From positions 1-64,000 of the forward strand of contig JANRLC010000048.1 of NCBI GenBank assembly GCA_033762955.1: a DNA stretch of 64,000 bases, read 5' to 3'. The notes beneath the pieces were generated by a model. The model had not been told where the DNA came from. It worked only from the letters and a program-made list of their open reading frames with translations, and searched no databases. This stretch comes from Verrucomicrobiota bacterium. Lineage in GTDB: Bacteria > Verrucomicrobiota > Verrucomicrobiia > Opitutales > Oceanipulchritudinaceae. The translations under genes were made by a program, and so were the position numbers. This document shows, piece by piece, positions 27,142-36,003 of the stretch (its first letter is position 1; each line of letters begins with the position of its first letter).

Positions 27142-27846
27142 TTATTTGGGGTCACGCTTACCTGCTAAAATAGCGATTACATTAATGGCCGTAGTGGTGG
27201 CATCAACACATATTGCTGCACTTCTAAAATCCGCAGTTCGAGAGTGAGTAAGGGCATTCGCGATACGCAAGGATGCTTTGGTATAACGCCTGAGCTCCTC
27301 ATTCGCATCGCCCTTCATCTCAACGGCTATATACGATTCCAGCATTCTGTTTGCGTCCGTAGAACTGGGTTCGGTGCCATCAAGTGGAGGATGATTCGCT
27401 CTGATATATACGGCCTGCGCCAATGAAACTAATCCATCACGGCAAAGAAGTCCTACTGCCTGAAACTGCTCTTCATTCTCTGCCGACGCTAGACGATTCC
27501 TCATCTCGCCAACGGTTCTATCAACTCGCTCCCATCCGGTCAGCTGATATTCCTGCTCTTTTCCGGTCTGAATCAAATTTATTAATGGGGTAAATAGATT
27601 TGAGACAAAGCTTCTCCGGGATTGATAGCTTGGTAAATCACCCGAACTCCATCGGCCATACCAATCCCATAGACTGCCGTATGTAATAGGATTCGTGATT
27701 TTCCGAACCGCTAGAGCTGCTGAAATCTTAGCGTAAGTGCGCTGATACTGCTCATCGACTTCTTGGATTCGTGAGCCACCAGTAGAAACAGAGACCATGA
27801 GATCACGCATTTTATTAAGACCTTCAATCAACTCGGGATTATTCAT
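27142..27846 (-). CDS. first cassette ORF next to attI, hypothetical protein
   Basis: The 234-aa ORF starts about 6 bp from the attI junction. It shares a cassette (no attC between) with the T5orf172 gene. Confidence 0.55.
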   Translation of the reverse strand: MNNPELIEGLNKMRDLMVSVSTGGSRIQEVDEQYQRTYAKISAALAVRKITNPITYGSLWDWYGRWSSGDLPSYQSRRSFVSNLFTPLINLIQTGKEQEYQLTGWERVDRTVGEMRNRLASAENEEQFQAVGLLCRDGLVSLAQAVYIRANHPPLDGTEPSSTDANRMLESYIAVEMKGDANEELRRYTKASLRIANALTHSRTADFRSAAICVDATTTAINVIAILAGKRDPK

Positions 27847-27851
27847 ATTTT

Positions 27852-27990
27852 TGGCTATCAGTTTGATATATGGAAAGTTTTCCGTCCTATAGCAAGCCGT
27901 AGACGGAAACTTTATACATGTTATTGACTATAGAAACGGAATTCATGAAAAATGTGAAGCTTGCAGTCTGATTATCCGTCCTATTAGCTA
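27852..27990. promoter_or_regulatory. attI recombination site region, and probable Pc/Pint promoter region
   Basis: The intI 5' flank abuts the first cassette. It is about 85% identical to 50352-50495; similarity to that second copy stops exactly at the first-cassette boundary (27852 / 50352). Confidence 0.6.
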
Positions 27991-27995
27991 ATGAC

Positions 27996-28997
27996 ATGGA
28001 TAAAGTGGAAAAGAAGGCTGGGTTTCATCCTGATCCGGGGTTGCGGTTGATGGAGCAGGTGCGGGAGGGGTTGCGCTACTATCATTATGCTTACCGGACA
28101 GAGCAGATTTATTGCGAGTGGATTGACCGGTTTGTGAAGTTTTATCGGGATGAGCGGCATCCGCGAGAGATGGGGAGCCTGGAGGTGGAGCGGTTTCTCT
28201 CTCATCTGGCTTCGGTGGAGCAGGTTTCGGCTTCGACGCAGCGACAGGCTTTGAATGCCCTGGAGTTTTTGTATGACAGGGTACTTCTCCAGCCACTAGC
28301 CGGGGAAATTGCTCCCATCCGGGCCAGGCCGGGTCAGCGTCCGCCTGCGGTTTTGACCGTGGCGGAAACGGGCGCGTTGCTGGGGGCAATGAAGGGAACA
28401 CATGGGGTGATGGCGCGGTTGCTTTATGGGGCCGGGTTGCGCTTGATGGAGTGTGTCCGGCTGCGGATTAGGGATGTGGATTTTGGGCAGGGGCTGGTGT
28501 ATGTGCGCGATGGCAAGGGGGGAGGGGAGCGTACGGTGCCGCTGCCGAAGCGGTTGAAGCCGGCCTTGCTGGAGCACCTGCGACGGGTGCGGGCTTTGCA
28601 TGAGAGTGATCTGGCGGAGGGTTTCGGTGCGGTGTGGCTGCCGGAGGCTTTGTCGCGTAAATACCCGCAGGCTGAGCGTGAGCCGGGGTGGCAATATGTG
28701 TTCCCGGCCAAAAAGCGTTCCCTCGATCCGCGCAGTGGTCGGGAACAACGGCATCATGTCATGGAATCGGGGGTGCAAAAGGCGGTTAAGGTGGCGGTGG
28801 CCAGGGCGGGGATCACGAAAAAGGTGGGGTGCCACACTTTGCGTCATAGTTTCGCCACCCATCTGCTTGAAAGTGGGGTCAATATTCGTGTATTGCAGGA
28901 GTTGATGGGGCACAGGAATGTGAAAACTACCGAAATGTATACCCGTGTTGTGCTCGGTAATAAGCAGGGTATCACCAGCCCACTGGACAGGCTGTGA
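27996..28997 (+). CDS. intI: integron integrase (tyrosine recombinase IntI)
   Basis: Alignable by eye to IntI1: LRYYHYAYRTEQIYCEWIDRFVKFY; the IntI-specific insertion VWLPEALSRKYPQAEREPGWQYVFPAKKRSLDPRSGREQRHH; and catalytic HTLRHSFATHLL ... GH ... TEMYTRV (R-H-R-Y). Confidence 0.9.
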   Translation: MDKVEKKAGFHPDPGLRLMEQVREGLRYYHYAYRTEQIYCEWIDRFVKFYRDERHPREMGSLEVERFLSHLASVEQVSASTQRQALNALEFLYDRVLLQPLAGEIAPIRARPGQRPPAVLTVAETGALLGAMKGTHGVMARLLYGAGLRLMECVRLRIRDVDFGQGLVYVRDGKGGGERTVPLPKRLKPALLEHLRRVRALHESDLAEGFGAVWLPEALSRKYPQAEREPGWQYVFPAKKRSLDPRSGREQRHHVMESGVQKAVKVAVARAGITKKVGCHTLRHSFATHLLESGVNIRVLQELMGHRNVKTTEMYTRVVLGNKQGITSPLDRL

Positions 28998-28999
28998 GG

Positions 29000-29960
29000 G
29001 TGGGGTTGTGAATGGAGAATGGAAAATGGAGAGTGGAAAATGGGGATGGCGCAAGGCAGGAGGCAGGAGGCAGATTTAAGATTACAGATTTCAGATTTCA
29101 GATTCCAAATGGCGGAAGGGAGAAGGTAGTCGCTTCGCTTCGTGTGAATATCTGTCGCTGCGCTCGGTAACGGTGATAAAGTTGGCAGTTAGCAGTGTGC
29201 AGTTGGTAGTTTGCAGTGGGGAGCCGCTTCGCTCCGTGTTCGGTGGTCCGTGTTCGGTGGGCGACTAATGCAAGCTGCCGCCCGTGGTCGGGAGAGTGGT
29301 TCCGTGGACAACTTCCCGATTGCTGAAGGTGGATAAATGCTGTGTTTCCCGATGACACGGGAGGATGAGACTGCACTCCAGATAGGAAAACCAACCTTGG
29401 CAAGCGGAAATGACGTAGCGTAGGCACAAAGTAACAAAGGCACAGAGTCGGATAGGCAGGAGGCAGAAGGCAGTGGACAGTTTGCAGTTGGCAGTGGGGC
29501 CCCCCATTGCTTCCCCTTCGTCCCCTTCTTCCCATTTCCGCGAGTGGCGGCAGGGTCGCGGCGAGTGGCGGTGGGGTCTCAGGGAGTGGCGGCAACGGTT
29601 CCGCGAGTGGCGGCGGGTGTGCGCGAGTCGCGGCGGGGGCTCGGGAAGTGGCGGCAACGGTGGTACGCGTGACGGCAACGGTGGTGCGAGTGGCGGTAAC
29701 CTTGGTACGAGTGGCGGCAACGGTGGAGCGAGTGGCGGCAACGGTGGTGCGAGTGGCGGCAACCTTGGTACGAGTGACGGCAACGTCGGTACGAGTGGCG
29801 GCAACGGTGGTGCGAGTGGCGGTAACCTTGGTACGCGTGACGGCAACGGTGGTGCGAGTGGCGGCAACGGTTGAGGGAGCGGCGGCGGGGGTGTTGCGGG
29901 AGTCGCGGCGGGGGTTGCAGGGTGGGGCAGGGGTGAAATAGACCCATTTTGTCACAATTG
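29000..29960. repeat. composite repeat module: GGAGAATGG / GGCAGGAGGCAG / AGATTTCAGATT simple repeats, a 210-bp conserved unit (29263-29470), and a 21-nt tandem array (about 29500-29880)
   Basis: The 210-bp unit is about 88% identical to 50790-51000. The tandem unit GGTGGTGCGAGTGGCGGCAAC occurs about 17 times. A paralogous module lies at 50495-51520. Confidence 0.75.
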
Positions 29961-30015
29961 GGTTGCATAGGAGGGCTGGACAGGGGGTGGTTTGGGCTAT
30001 GGAATTGGGGAACTT

Positions 30016-32088
30016 ATGAAACATGATTTTAGTCCGGTAGCTCCGTTGGGTCGCTCAAACATTAGCCATCTGCGGCCTGCGGGTTTTGATACTTTCTGGT
30101 TCGGGGTGTGCTACTACCCGGAGCATTGGGACGCGGAGACGCGGGCTCTCGATGCGGAGCGGATGGCGGCAGCGGGGGTGAATGTAGTGCGGATGGGCGA
30201 GTTTGCGTGGGACTTGATGGAGCGGGTGGAGGGGGTGTATGACTTTAGTTTGTTTGACGAGACGATTGCGCATCTGGCCAGGCATGGGATTAAGACAATC
30301 TTCTGCACGCCGACGGCGGCTCCGCCGCGGTGGTTGACAGTACAGCATCCGGAGATACTGCGCCAGGACAGGCTGAATACGGAGCTTAAACATGGTTCGC
30401 GGCAGCATGCGGACTACAGTCACCCTACGTTCCGGGAGTATTCACGTCGGATCACGGAGGTGCTGGCTGAGCATTACAAGGATAATACAGCGGTGATTGG
30501 GTGGCAGACGGACAATGAGATTTACTGCCATTTCTCAGATGACCACAGCCCGGCGACGCGGGCGGCGTTTATCGCGTTTCTAAAGGAGAAGTATGCGGGC
30601 GACATTGTTGCGCTGAACCGGGCGTGGGGTACGGCTTTCTGGGCGCAGACTTACGGGAGTTTCGAGGAGATTGATACGCCGTATGAGAATCGACCGACGT
30701 ATCCGAACCCTTCGCAGCAACTGGACTATGCGCGGTTCCTGAGCGAGACGGTGGCGCGGTTCCAGCATGAGCAGATTGCGCTCTTGCGGGCGGCGAATGC
30801 GGGGTGGTTCATCACTCATAATGGGGTGATGAGCAAGACGGACTACCGGGGGCTGTTTACGCAGGACCTGGATGTGCTGGGGTATGATGTGTACCCGTTC
30901 TTCGACACGAATCCCACGTCCCGCCCGTGCAGCCACGCATTTGGGCTGGACCGTGTGCGGGCGTTTAGCGGGAACTTTATTGTGCCAGAGCACCAGGCTG
31001 CGGCGGGTGGACAGGCGCCGTACTTTCATAATGCGCCGGAGCCGGGGGAGATGCGCTTGTTTACGTACCGGAGCATCGCGCGCGGGGCGGATAGCGTGCT
31101 GTACTTCCGCTGGCGCACGTGCCGGTTTGGGGCGGAGATTTACTGGTGCGGGATTCTGGACCATGACAATGTGCCGAGGCGGCGCTACGCGGAGCTGAGC
31201 CAGATCGGCGGGGAACTGAAGCGCGTGGGTCCGGCCCTGCTGGGCACTTCTGTGCGCGTGGAGGTGGCGTTTGCGGAGGGGGACTATGCGGCGACAGAGG
31301 CGCACTTAACTTACCCACTCGGTCTACCCTCGGAGGGGACGGCGGCAGTCTGGAGCCATCGGTGGTTCTTCGAGCGGGGGTATGCGGTGGGTTGTGTACA
31401 CCCTGCGGATAACCTGGATGGTGTGAAGCTGTATATTATCCCCCATTGGACTGTGTTTGACCCGGCCTGGGTGCCTGCGCTGGAGCGATTTGTAGAGCGG
31501 GGTGGGGTACTGGTAATCGGTGCGAGGACGGCGTCGCGTACGTTAGATAATCAGGTAACTGCGGAGACGCTGCCGGGGTGCCTGGCGAAGCTGGCCGGAG
31601 TCACGGTGGAAGAGTATGGCCGGCAAAACAAGGGAGACCTGCGCCCACAGAAGCTGCAGCTCGGCGAAACTGAGGTGGAGAGCGCGGATTGGTACGAAGT
31701 GCTGGGCCTGCAAGGGGCGGAGGCGCTCGCAACCTGGACCACACGGCACCTGGTGGGCTTGCCTGCAATCTCGCACCGCAAGGTGGGGCGCGGGCATGTG
31801 CTCTATGTGGGGACGTATTTCTGTAACGGGGCGCTCTTCGATGCGCTCTGGCCCGTGGCTGGTAAACTGGCCGGTGTTTCCCCACAACTGGTGGAGCACC
31901 CGGCGGGGATTGAGGTAGTCGTCCGCGAAAAGGCGGGAGTGGAACTGTGGTTTATGCTGAATCGCAACGAGACGGCAACCCGTGTACCGCACCCACCGCT
32001 CGGACAGGACCTGGTGACGGGAACCACCGTGGATGGCCCCTGCGAGATAGAGGCGAGTGGCGTGCGAGTGGTGGTGCAAAGACGGTAG
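30016..32088 (+). CDS. GH42-family beta-galactosidase
   Basis: FWFGVCYYPEHW ... GEFAW ... WQTDNE matches the GH42 N-terminal TIM-barrel motifs; the protein is about 690 aa. Confidence 0.75.
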   Translation: MKHDFSPVAPLGRSNISHLRPAGFDTFWFGVCYYPEHWDAETRALDAERMAAAGVNVVRMGEFAWDLMERVEGVYDFSLFDETIAHLARHGIKTIFCTPTAAPPRWLTVQHPEILRQDRLNTELKHGSRQHADYSHPTFREYSRRITEVLAEHYKDNTAVIGWQTDNEIYCHFSDDHSPATRAAFIAFLKEKYAGDIVALNRAWGTAFWAQTYGSFEEIDTPYENRPTYPNPSQQLDYARFLSETVARFQHEQIALLRAANAGWFITHNGVMSKTDYRGLFTQDLDVLGYDVYPFFDTNPTSRPCSHAFGLDRVRAFSGNFIVPEHQAAAGGQAPYFHNAPEPGEMRLFTYRSIARGADSVLYFRWRTCRFGAEIYWCGILDHDNVPRRRYAELSQIGGELKRVGPALLGTSVRVEVAFAEGDYAATEAHLTYPLGLPSEGTAAVWSHRWFFERGYAVGCVHPADNLDGVKLYIIPHWTVFDPAWVPALERFVERGGVLVIGARTASRTLDNQVTAETLPGCLAKLAGVTVEEYGRQNKGDLRPQKLQLGETEVESADWYEVLGLQGAEALATWTTRHLVGLPAISHRKVGRGHVLYVGTYFCNGALFDALWPVAGKLAGVSPQLVEHPAGIEVVVREKAGVELWFMLNRNETATRVPHPPLGQDLVTGTTVDGPCEIEASGVRVVVQRR

Positions 32089-32323
32089 GCGCTGAGGTAC
32101 AAAGGTACAAAGGCACAGAGGCACAAAGTTGGCAGAAGGTAACCAGAGTGTCTCGCTCTGGTCTGAATGGCTTTGGCGAGGATGCTCCTTGCGTGTGCGG
32201 ACCGACGGTCCGCATTGTTCAGTGACATCAGGATGACCGAATGAAACGTCGCGCCAACGACGCTGCATACACAAACAGGGTTCGTCTCCTTTCCCGCGAC
32301 TCTTGGAAGTCAGAAGTGGGCAA

Positions 32324-32815
32324 CTACAGCTTTACTAACATGAGGTGAAAAGTGCTGCGCAGGGCGAGTTTCGTGAACCCGCAACGCTCATAGACCTTTA
32401 TGGCGGGGTTCTCCGGGTGGACGGTGAGTGCCACCTGCTTGTAACCATGAACCCGGGCGGCGGCGAGGGCTGCCAGCATCAGCGGTCTGCCATGACCTTG
32501 GTGTTGAAACTCCGGGAACAGAGCGATCCCGATTTGCGGCGTATCATCGTCCACATAAGCCAGCCCCTGTTGATTGGCGATCAACCGCATCCACGCTGCC
32601 CCGATTGGGCGATCCACACCGCTAAGTTGGCCAACCACGCCCACATCCGTGGGGCGTCCCCAGTTCTCCGCATAAATGCGCACCGCAGGATGCTCCAGCA
32701 CCGCACGCGGACGCAACGGCGCTGGCGGTGGATCCCACAGGGCGACATGCAGGATATCCCACAGCCAGTCTTGATCCGAAGGAACGAGGGGGCGCGTGCT
32801 GAACATGGTTCCCAT
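32324..32815 (-). CDS. GNAT-family N-acetyltransferase
   Basis: QHQGHGRPLMLAALAAARVHGYKQVALTVHPENPAIKVYERCGF is the acetyl-CoA-binding motif region. Confidence 0.65.
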   Translation of the reverse strand: MGTMFSTRPLVPSDQDWLWDILHVALWDPPPAPLRPRAVLEHPAVRIYAENWGRPTDVGVVGQLSGVDRPIGAAWMRLIANQQGLAYVDDDTPQIGIALFPEFQHQGHGRPLMLAALAAARVHGYKQVALTVHPENPAIKVYERCGFTKLALRSTFHLMLVKL

Positions 32816-33035
32816 TAGAAACCGATCCGCCCTGGAAATGGCAAGCCTGGGGATTGTCTTTAGTCGCGCTTAGTCAACAAGTCGAAGTGTGTTATTCTCG
32901 TTGGAGAAACTGCTTATTCTGTTCCAGGTCTCGATTTCGTCGTACGTCATTATTGAAGTATACGTGCCAAACATTTTTACGGCATCAGCTATCCGCTGGC
33001 GACGATTGGTGTCTTCGATCGCAAAAACGACCGCA

Positions 33036-33323
33036 TCACGCTTGGATTTCGCCCCAGTAGAATTCATCGCATCTTCCAATGCCTGATTCGGCATCGAGCA
33101 GACGTACGGTTCGCGGTAGTGCGCCAAACAGGGATGCCATAAAGCCAGCGACAGATGTCGGCGTGAGGAACTGCCCGAGTTCCTCTTGTCGAGTTCTCGG
33201 GTTTTCCCTGGCCGCAAGTTTCGTATTTTCAACCACCATATTTAGTACCGTCACGCCATCATCCATCGAACGGGTATTGTTTGCAAGTGCGATGGCTTGA
33301 CCCATGCCGCAATCTCCCGCCAA
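33036..33323 (-). pseudogene. possible remnant of an N6-adenine DNA methyltransferase N-terminus
   Basis: ELGQFLTPTSVAGFMASLF ... VRLLDAESGIG resembles the GQFFTP..VA.FM and LDPACGSG motifs of type IIG/PglX-like methyltransferases. It is only 95 aa and overlaps another ORF. Confidence 0.3.
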
Positions 33324-33425
33324 CCACCCAAAAAATTATGGGAACGATTGGCTTGGCGACGGGGCGGGGGTCGTGTAGAGAATGGGAATTGCTGTTATTT
33401 CTGGAGCACTCTTGCCGCCCCGACC

Positions 33426-34241
33426 ATGAATCGAATACATGCCACCGCCTTTGTTGATCCCGACGCACAAGTAGCCTCTTCTGCCGAAATCGGCCCGTTT
33501 GCAGTGGTAGAAGCGGGGGTTATCGTTGGAGAAAACTGCGTTATCGGGCCGCACGCGGTGCTGCGGAGCGGTGTAATCCTCGCTGAGGGTGTGGGGATCG
33601 ATGCCCATGCTGTCATTGGCGGGCTGCCTCAGGACTTGCGGTTCGACCCGAAGACGATCAGTGGTGTCCGAATCGGGGCGAATACGGCGATTCGCGAGGG
33701 TGTGACGATTCACCGCGCGACAAGGGCCGGAAGCTTTACCGAGATAGGGGCCAATGTACTTATCATGGCTTATGCGCACGTGGCGCATGATTGCCGGGTG
33801 GAGGACCGCGTGGTTCTGGTCAATAATGTTATGTTGGCGGGGCATGTATGGGTAGGGCCGTACGCTTTTCTGGGCGGTGGGGCCTCGTTTCACCAGAATG
33901 CGCGCATTGGCGAGAGCGCGATGGTCAGCGGGCTGACACGTGGGCCGCACGATGTGGCCCCCTTTACTCTGGTCGCGGAACGGTGCGAAGTCCACGGGTT
34001 GAACCTTGTCGGCATCAAGCGTCGCGGCTTCGGGCAGGAAGTGATTAGCGAGCTGAAGGCAGCGTACAAGGCTGTCTATGGTCAGCCGGGGAATCGACGG
34101 CATTTCGCTCAGGCCATGCTGGATGGCCCGCACTCGCCGCACTCGCCCCAAGCCCGGCAGTTCCTGGAGTTTTTTATCCAACCCACCAAACGGGGGTACT
34201 CTACTCCCGTCAAACAACTCAAGACAGAGGAAGCCCCATGA
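33426..34241 (+). CDS. lpxA: acyl-ACP--UDP-N-acetylglucosamine O-acyltransferase
   Basis: The left-handed beta-helix hexapeptide repeats and the MNRIHATAFVDPDAQV N-terminus are typical of LpxA. Confidence 0.8.
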   Translation: MNRIHATAFVDPDAQVASSAEIGPFAVVEAGVIVGENCVIGPHAVLRSGVILAEGVGIDAHAVIGGLPQDLRFDPKTISGVRIGANTAIREGVTIHRATRAGSFTEIGANVLIMAYAHVAHDCRVEDRVVLVNNVMLAGHVWVGPYAFLGGGASFHQNARIGESAMVSGLTRGPHDVAPFTLVAERCEVHGLNLVGIKRRGFGQEVISELKAAYKAVYGQPGNRRHFAQAMLDGPHSPHSPQARQFLEFFIQPTKRGYSTPVKQLKTEEAP

Positions 34242-35152
34242 AAAAAATTGCACTGACTTGTGGAGACCCGTCGGGTGTAGGCCCGGAAGTGATTGCAGCG
34301 TGGGCTCGCGCGAATCCCGAGAACTTGAAGGGAGTCACGGTTATCGGCCCCATGCTCTGGCTCGAAAAACACTTCGGCGACCTTCCAGTGGATATGGAAA
34401 TTGCCGGCCCCTTGAGCTTTGAAGCTACTCCGGGAGACCCCACCGCTACTGGCGCCAAAGTGGCGTTTGAGGCGCTGGATATTGCCGCTGCCGGGTGCAA
34501 GAGCGGTCGATTCAATGCCGTGGTAACTGGCCCGATCAGCAAGGCGCAAATGCGCGAGGTGGGGTTCCATTTTGCCGGGCAGACGGAGTTCTTCGCCGAC
34601 CGCTGGGGAGGCGAGCCCACGATGGGGTTCGTAGGGGAGAAGCTGCGGGTGGTACTCGCCACGTGGCATGATCCCTTGATGCGCGTCGCCAGTCTGCTCC
34701 AGGATGGCCGACTACTCGCACGAGCGGTGCGCCGAGCCCACTGGCTGGCGAAGGCTCTCGGCGCGACTGAGCCGCGCATAGCGGTCTGTGGACTGAACCC
34801 GCATGCGGGAGAGGAGGGGCTCATTGGCCGGGAAGAGATAGACATGATAGATCCGCAGCTCAAGCGCCTACGCGAGCAAATGCCTGGCGTATCCCTCACT
34901 CTGCCGGGCGATACCGTCTTCTGGCGTGCGCTAAAGGGAGACTTCGACATCGTAGTGGCCCTTTATCATGATCAGGGGCTGGCTCCGCTTAAGACCGTGG
35001 ACTTCGAGAACGCCGTAAACATCACCCTCGGTCTGCCCTGGATTCGCACCAGTCCAGACCATGGCACCGGGTTTGCCATAGCGGGCAAGGGTCTTGCCAA
35101 TGCACACAGCATCGGCGAAGCCGTGGCACTAGCGAGGAAGCTGGAAATATAA
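34238..35152 (+). CDS. pdxA: 4-hydroxythreonine-4-phosphate dehydrogenase
   Basis: MKKIALTCGDPSGVGPEV ... ALYHDQGL ... SPDHGTGFAIAG are the PdxA family motifs. Confidence 0.8.
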   Translation: MKKIALTCGDPSGVGPEVIAAWARANPENLKGVTVIGPMLWLEKHFGDLPVDMEIAGPLSFEATPGDPTATGAKVAFEALDIAAAGCKSGRFNAVVTGPISKAQMREVGFHFAGQTEFFADRWGGEPTMGFVGEKLRVVLATWHDPLMRVASLLQDGRLLARAVRRAHWLAKALGATEPRIAVCGLNPHAGEEGLIGREEIDMIDPQLKRLREQMPGVSLTLPGDTVFWRALKGDFDIVVALYHDQGLAPLKTVDFENAVNITLGLPWIRTSPDHGTGFAIAGKGLANAHSIGEAVALARKLEI

Positions 35153-35174
35153 GCGCGGTCGCTTGGGTAACAGC

Positions 35175-35462
35175 ATGAATCTTTTAGACAGAGTTACGAT
35201 TGAGCCCGACAAGTGTGGCGGTAAACCTTGTCTGCGCGGCTATCGGATTCGGGTTGGAGATGTGTTGGGGTTGATGGGCAATGGAGCCACCATCAATGAA
35301 ATTCTGGCCAATTATCCGTTTCTCGAGAGAGAAGACATCTACGCCGCTCTGCTGTATGCTAGCAGCAGCGTAGAACGCGCCTGTTCCCATGCCGACGATG
35401 AGGTGGATCACCCCAACCCCCCCCTGCCACCCTCTCTTGACAGCAACCCCAATCTGCGTTGA
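35175..35462 (+). CDS. DUF433-family small protein
   Basis: CGGKPCLRGYRIRVGDVLGLMGNGATINEILANYPFLEREDIYAALLYA. Confidence 0.55.
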   Translation: MNLLDRVTIEPDKCGGKPCLRGYRIRVGDVLGLMGNGATINEILANYPFLEREDIYAALLYASSSVERACSHADDEVDHPNPPLPPSLDSNPNLR

Positions 35463-35483
35463 GTACACCTCACTCACTTATCC

Positions 35484-35885
35484 ATGGAAACATCGACAGC
35501 CACTGAACCCACCAACCTTTTACCCTCATCGCTTCCCGAGGGTGTTCGCGTGGGCAATGAACTGCTCATACGCTTATCCGCGGCAGCGGGAGACAAGGCA
35601 CGGGGGTTGATGGCGCGAGAGAAACAAGGTCCCTACCTGCGCATCGCAGTTACCGGAGGCGGGTGCAGTGGGCTCTCTTACAAGCTCAAGTTTGTTGGCG
35701 AACCGAAGAAAGGGGACATTCTGGTGAATTCTGCGAATGTCCCGGTCCTCATTGATTCCAAGAGCGCCCTGTACTTGAGGGGTATGCATCTGGATTATTC
35801 GAGTAATCTGGTCAGCGGAGGGTTCAAGTTTTCCAACCCAAATGCCAAGGCAAGCTGCTCCTGTGGCGATAGTTTTAGTCTATGA
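35484..35885 (+). CDS. HesB/IscA-family iron-sulfur cluster insertion protein
   Basis: GGGCSGLSY ... CSCGDSF gives the three conserved cysteines. Confidence 0.75.
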   Translation: METSTATEPTNLLPSSLPEGVRVGNELLIRLSAAAGDKARGLMAREKQGPYLRIAVTGGGCSGLSYKLKFVGEPKKGDILVNSANVPVLIDSKSALYLRGMHLDYSSNLVSGGFKFSNPNAKASCSCGDSFSL

Positions 35886-36003
35886 TACGATTCGTGCTCG
35901 CAATAACTGTAGAAAAAGCGTTGAAATGCGGCAAACAGCGGGCATAATCCGCTTTCGTAACCAGCAGACAGTATAAATAGACTATCACGTCCAACCCTCA
36001 CTA

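Larger units (their letters stand above)
22740..28997. mobile_element. sedentary chromosomal integron (intI + attI + array of at least 7 cassettes)
   Basis: Integron integrase gene on the + strand. All cassette ORFs are on the - strand, low GC, and separated by a conserved attC family. The distal end is marked by a hairpin and conserved tail (22655-22800) shared with array 2. Confidence 0.85.

Noticed and set aside
29263-29470. The 210-bp conserved unit as a known riboswitch (c-di-GMP or cobalamin class).
   Set aside because: No recognised riboswitch core motifs could be matched by eye. It is left as an unclassified conserved non-coding element pending an Rfam scan.
29098-30024. 308-aa and 200-aa minus-strand ORFs, and the plus-strand ORFs, across 29098-30024; likewise 51029-51593.
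   Set aside because: They consist only of translated 21-nt tandem repeats and simple repeats (TVAATRT heptads, PPLAPPLP). They have no start context or domain, and the same DNA is open in several frames. Treated as non-coding repeat DNA.
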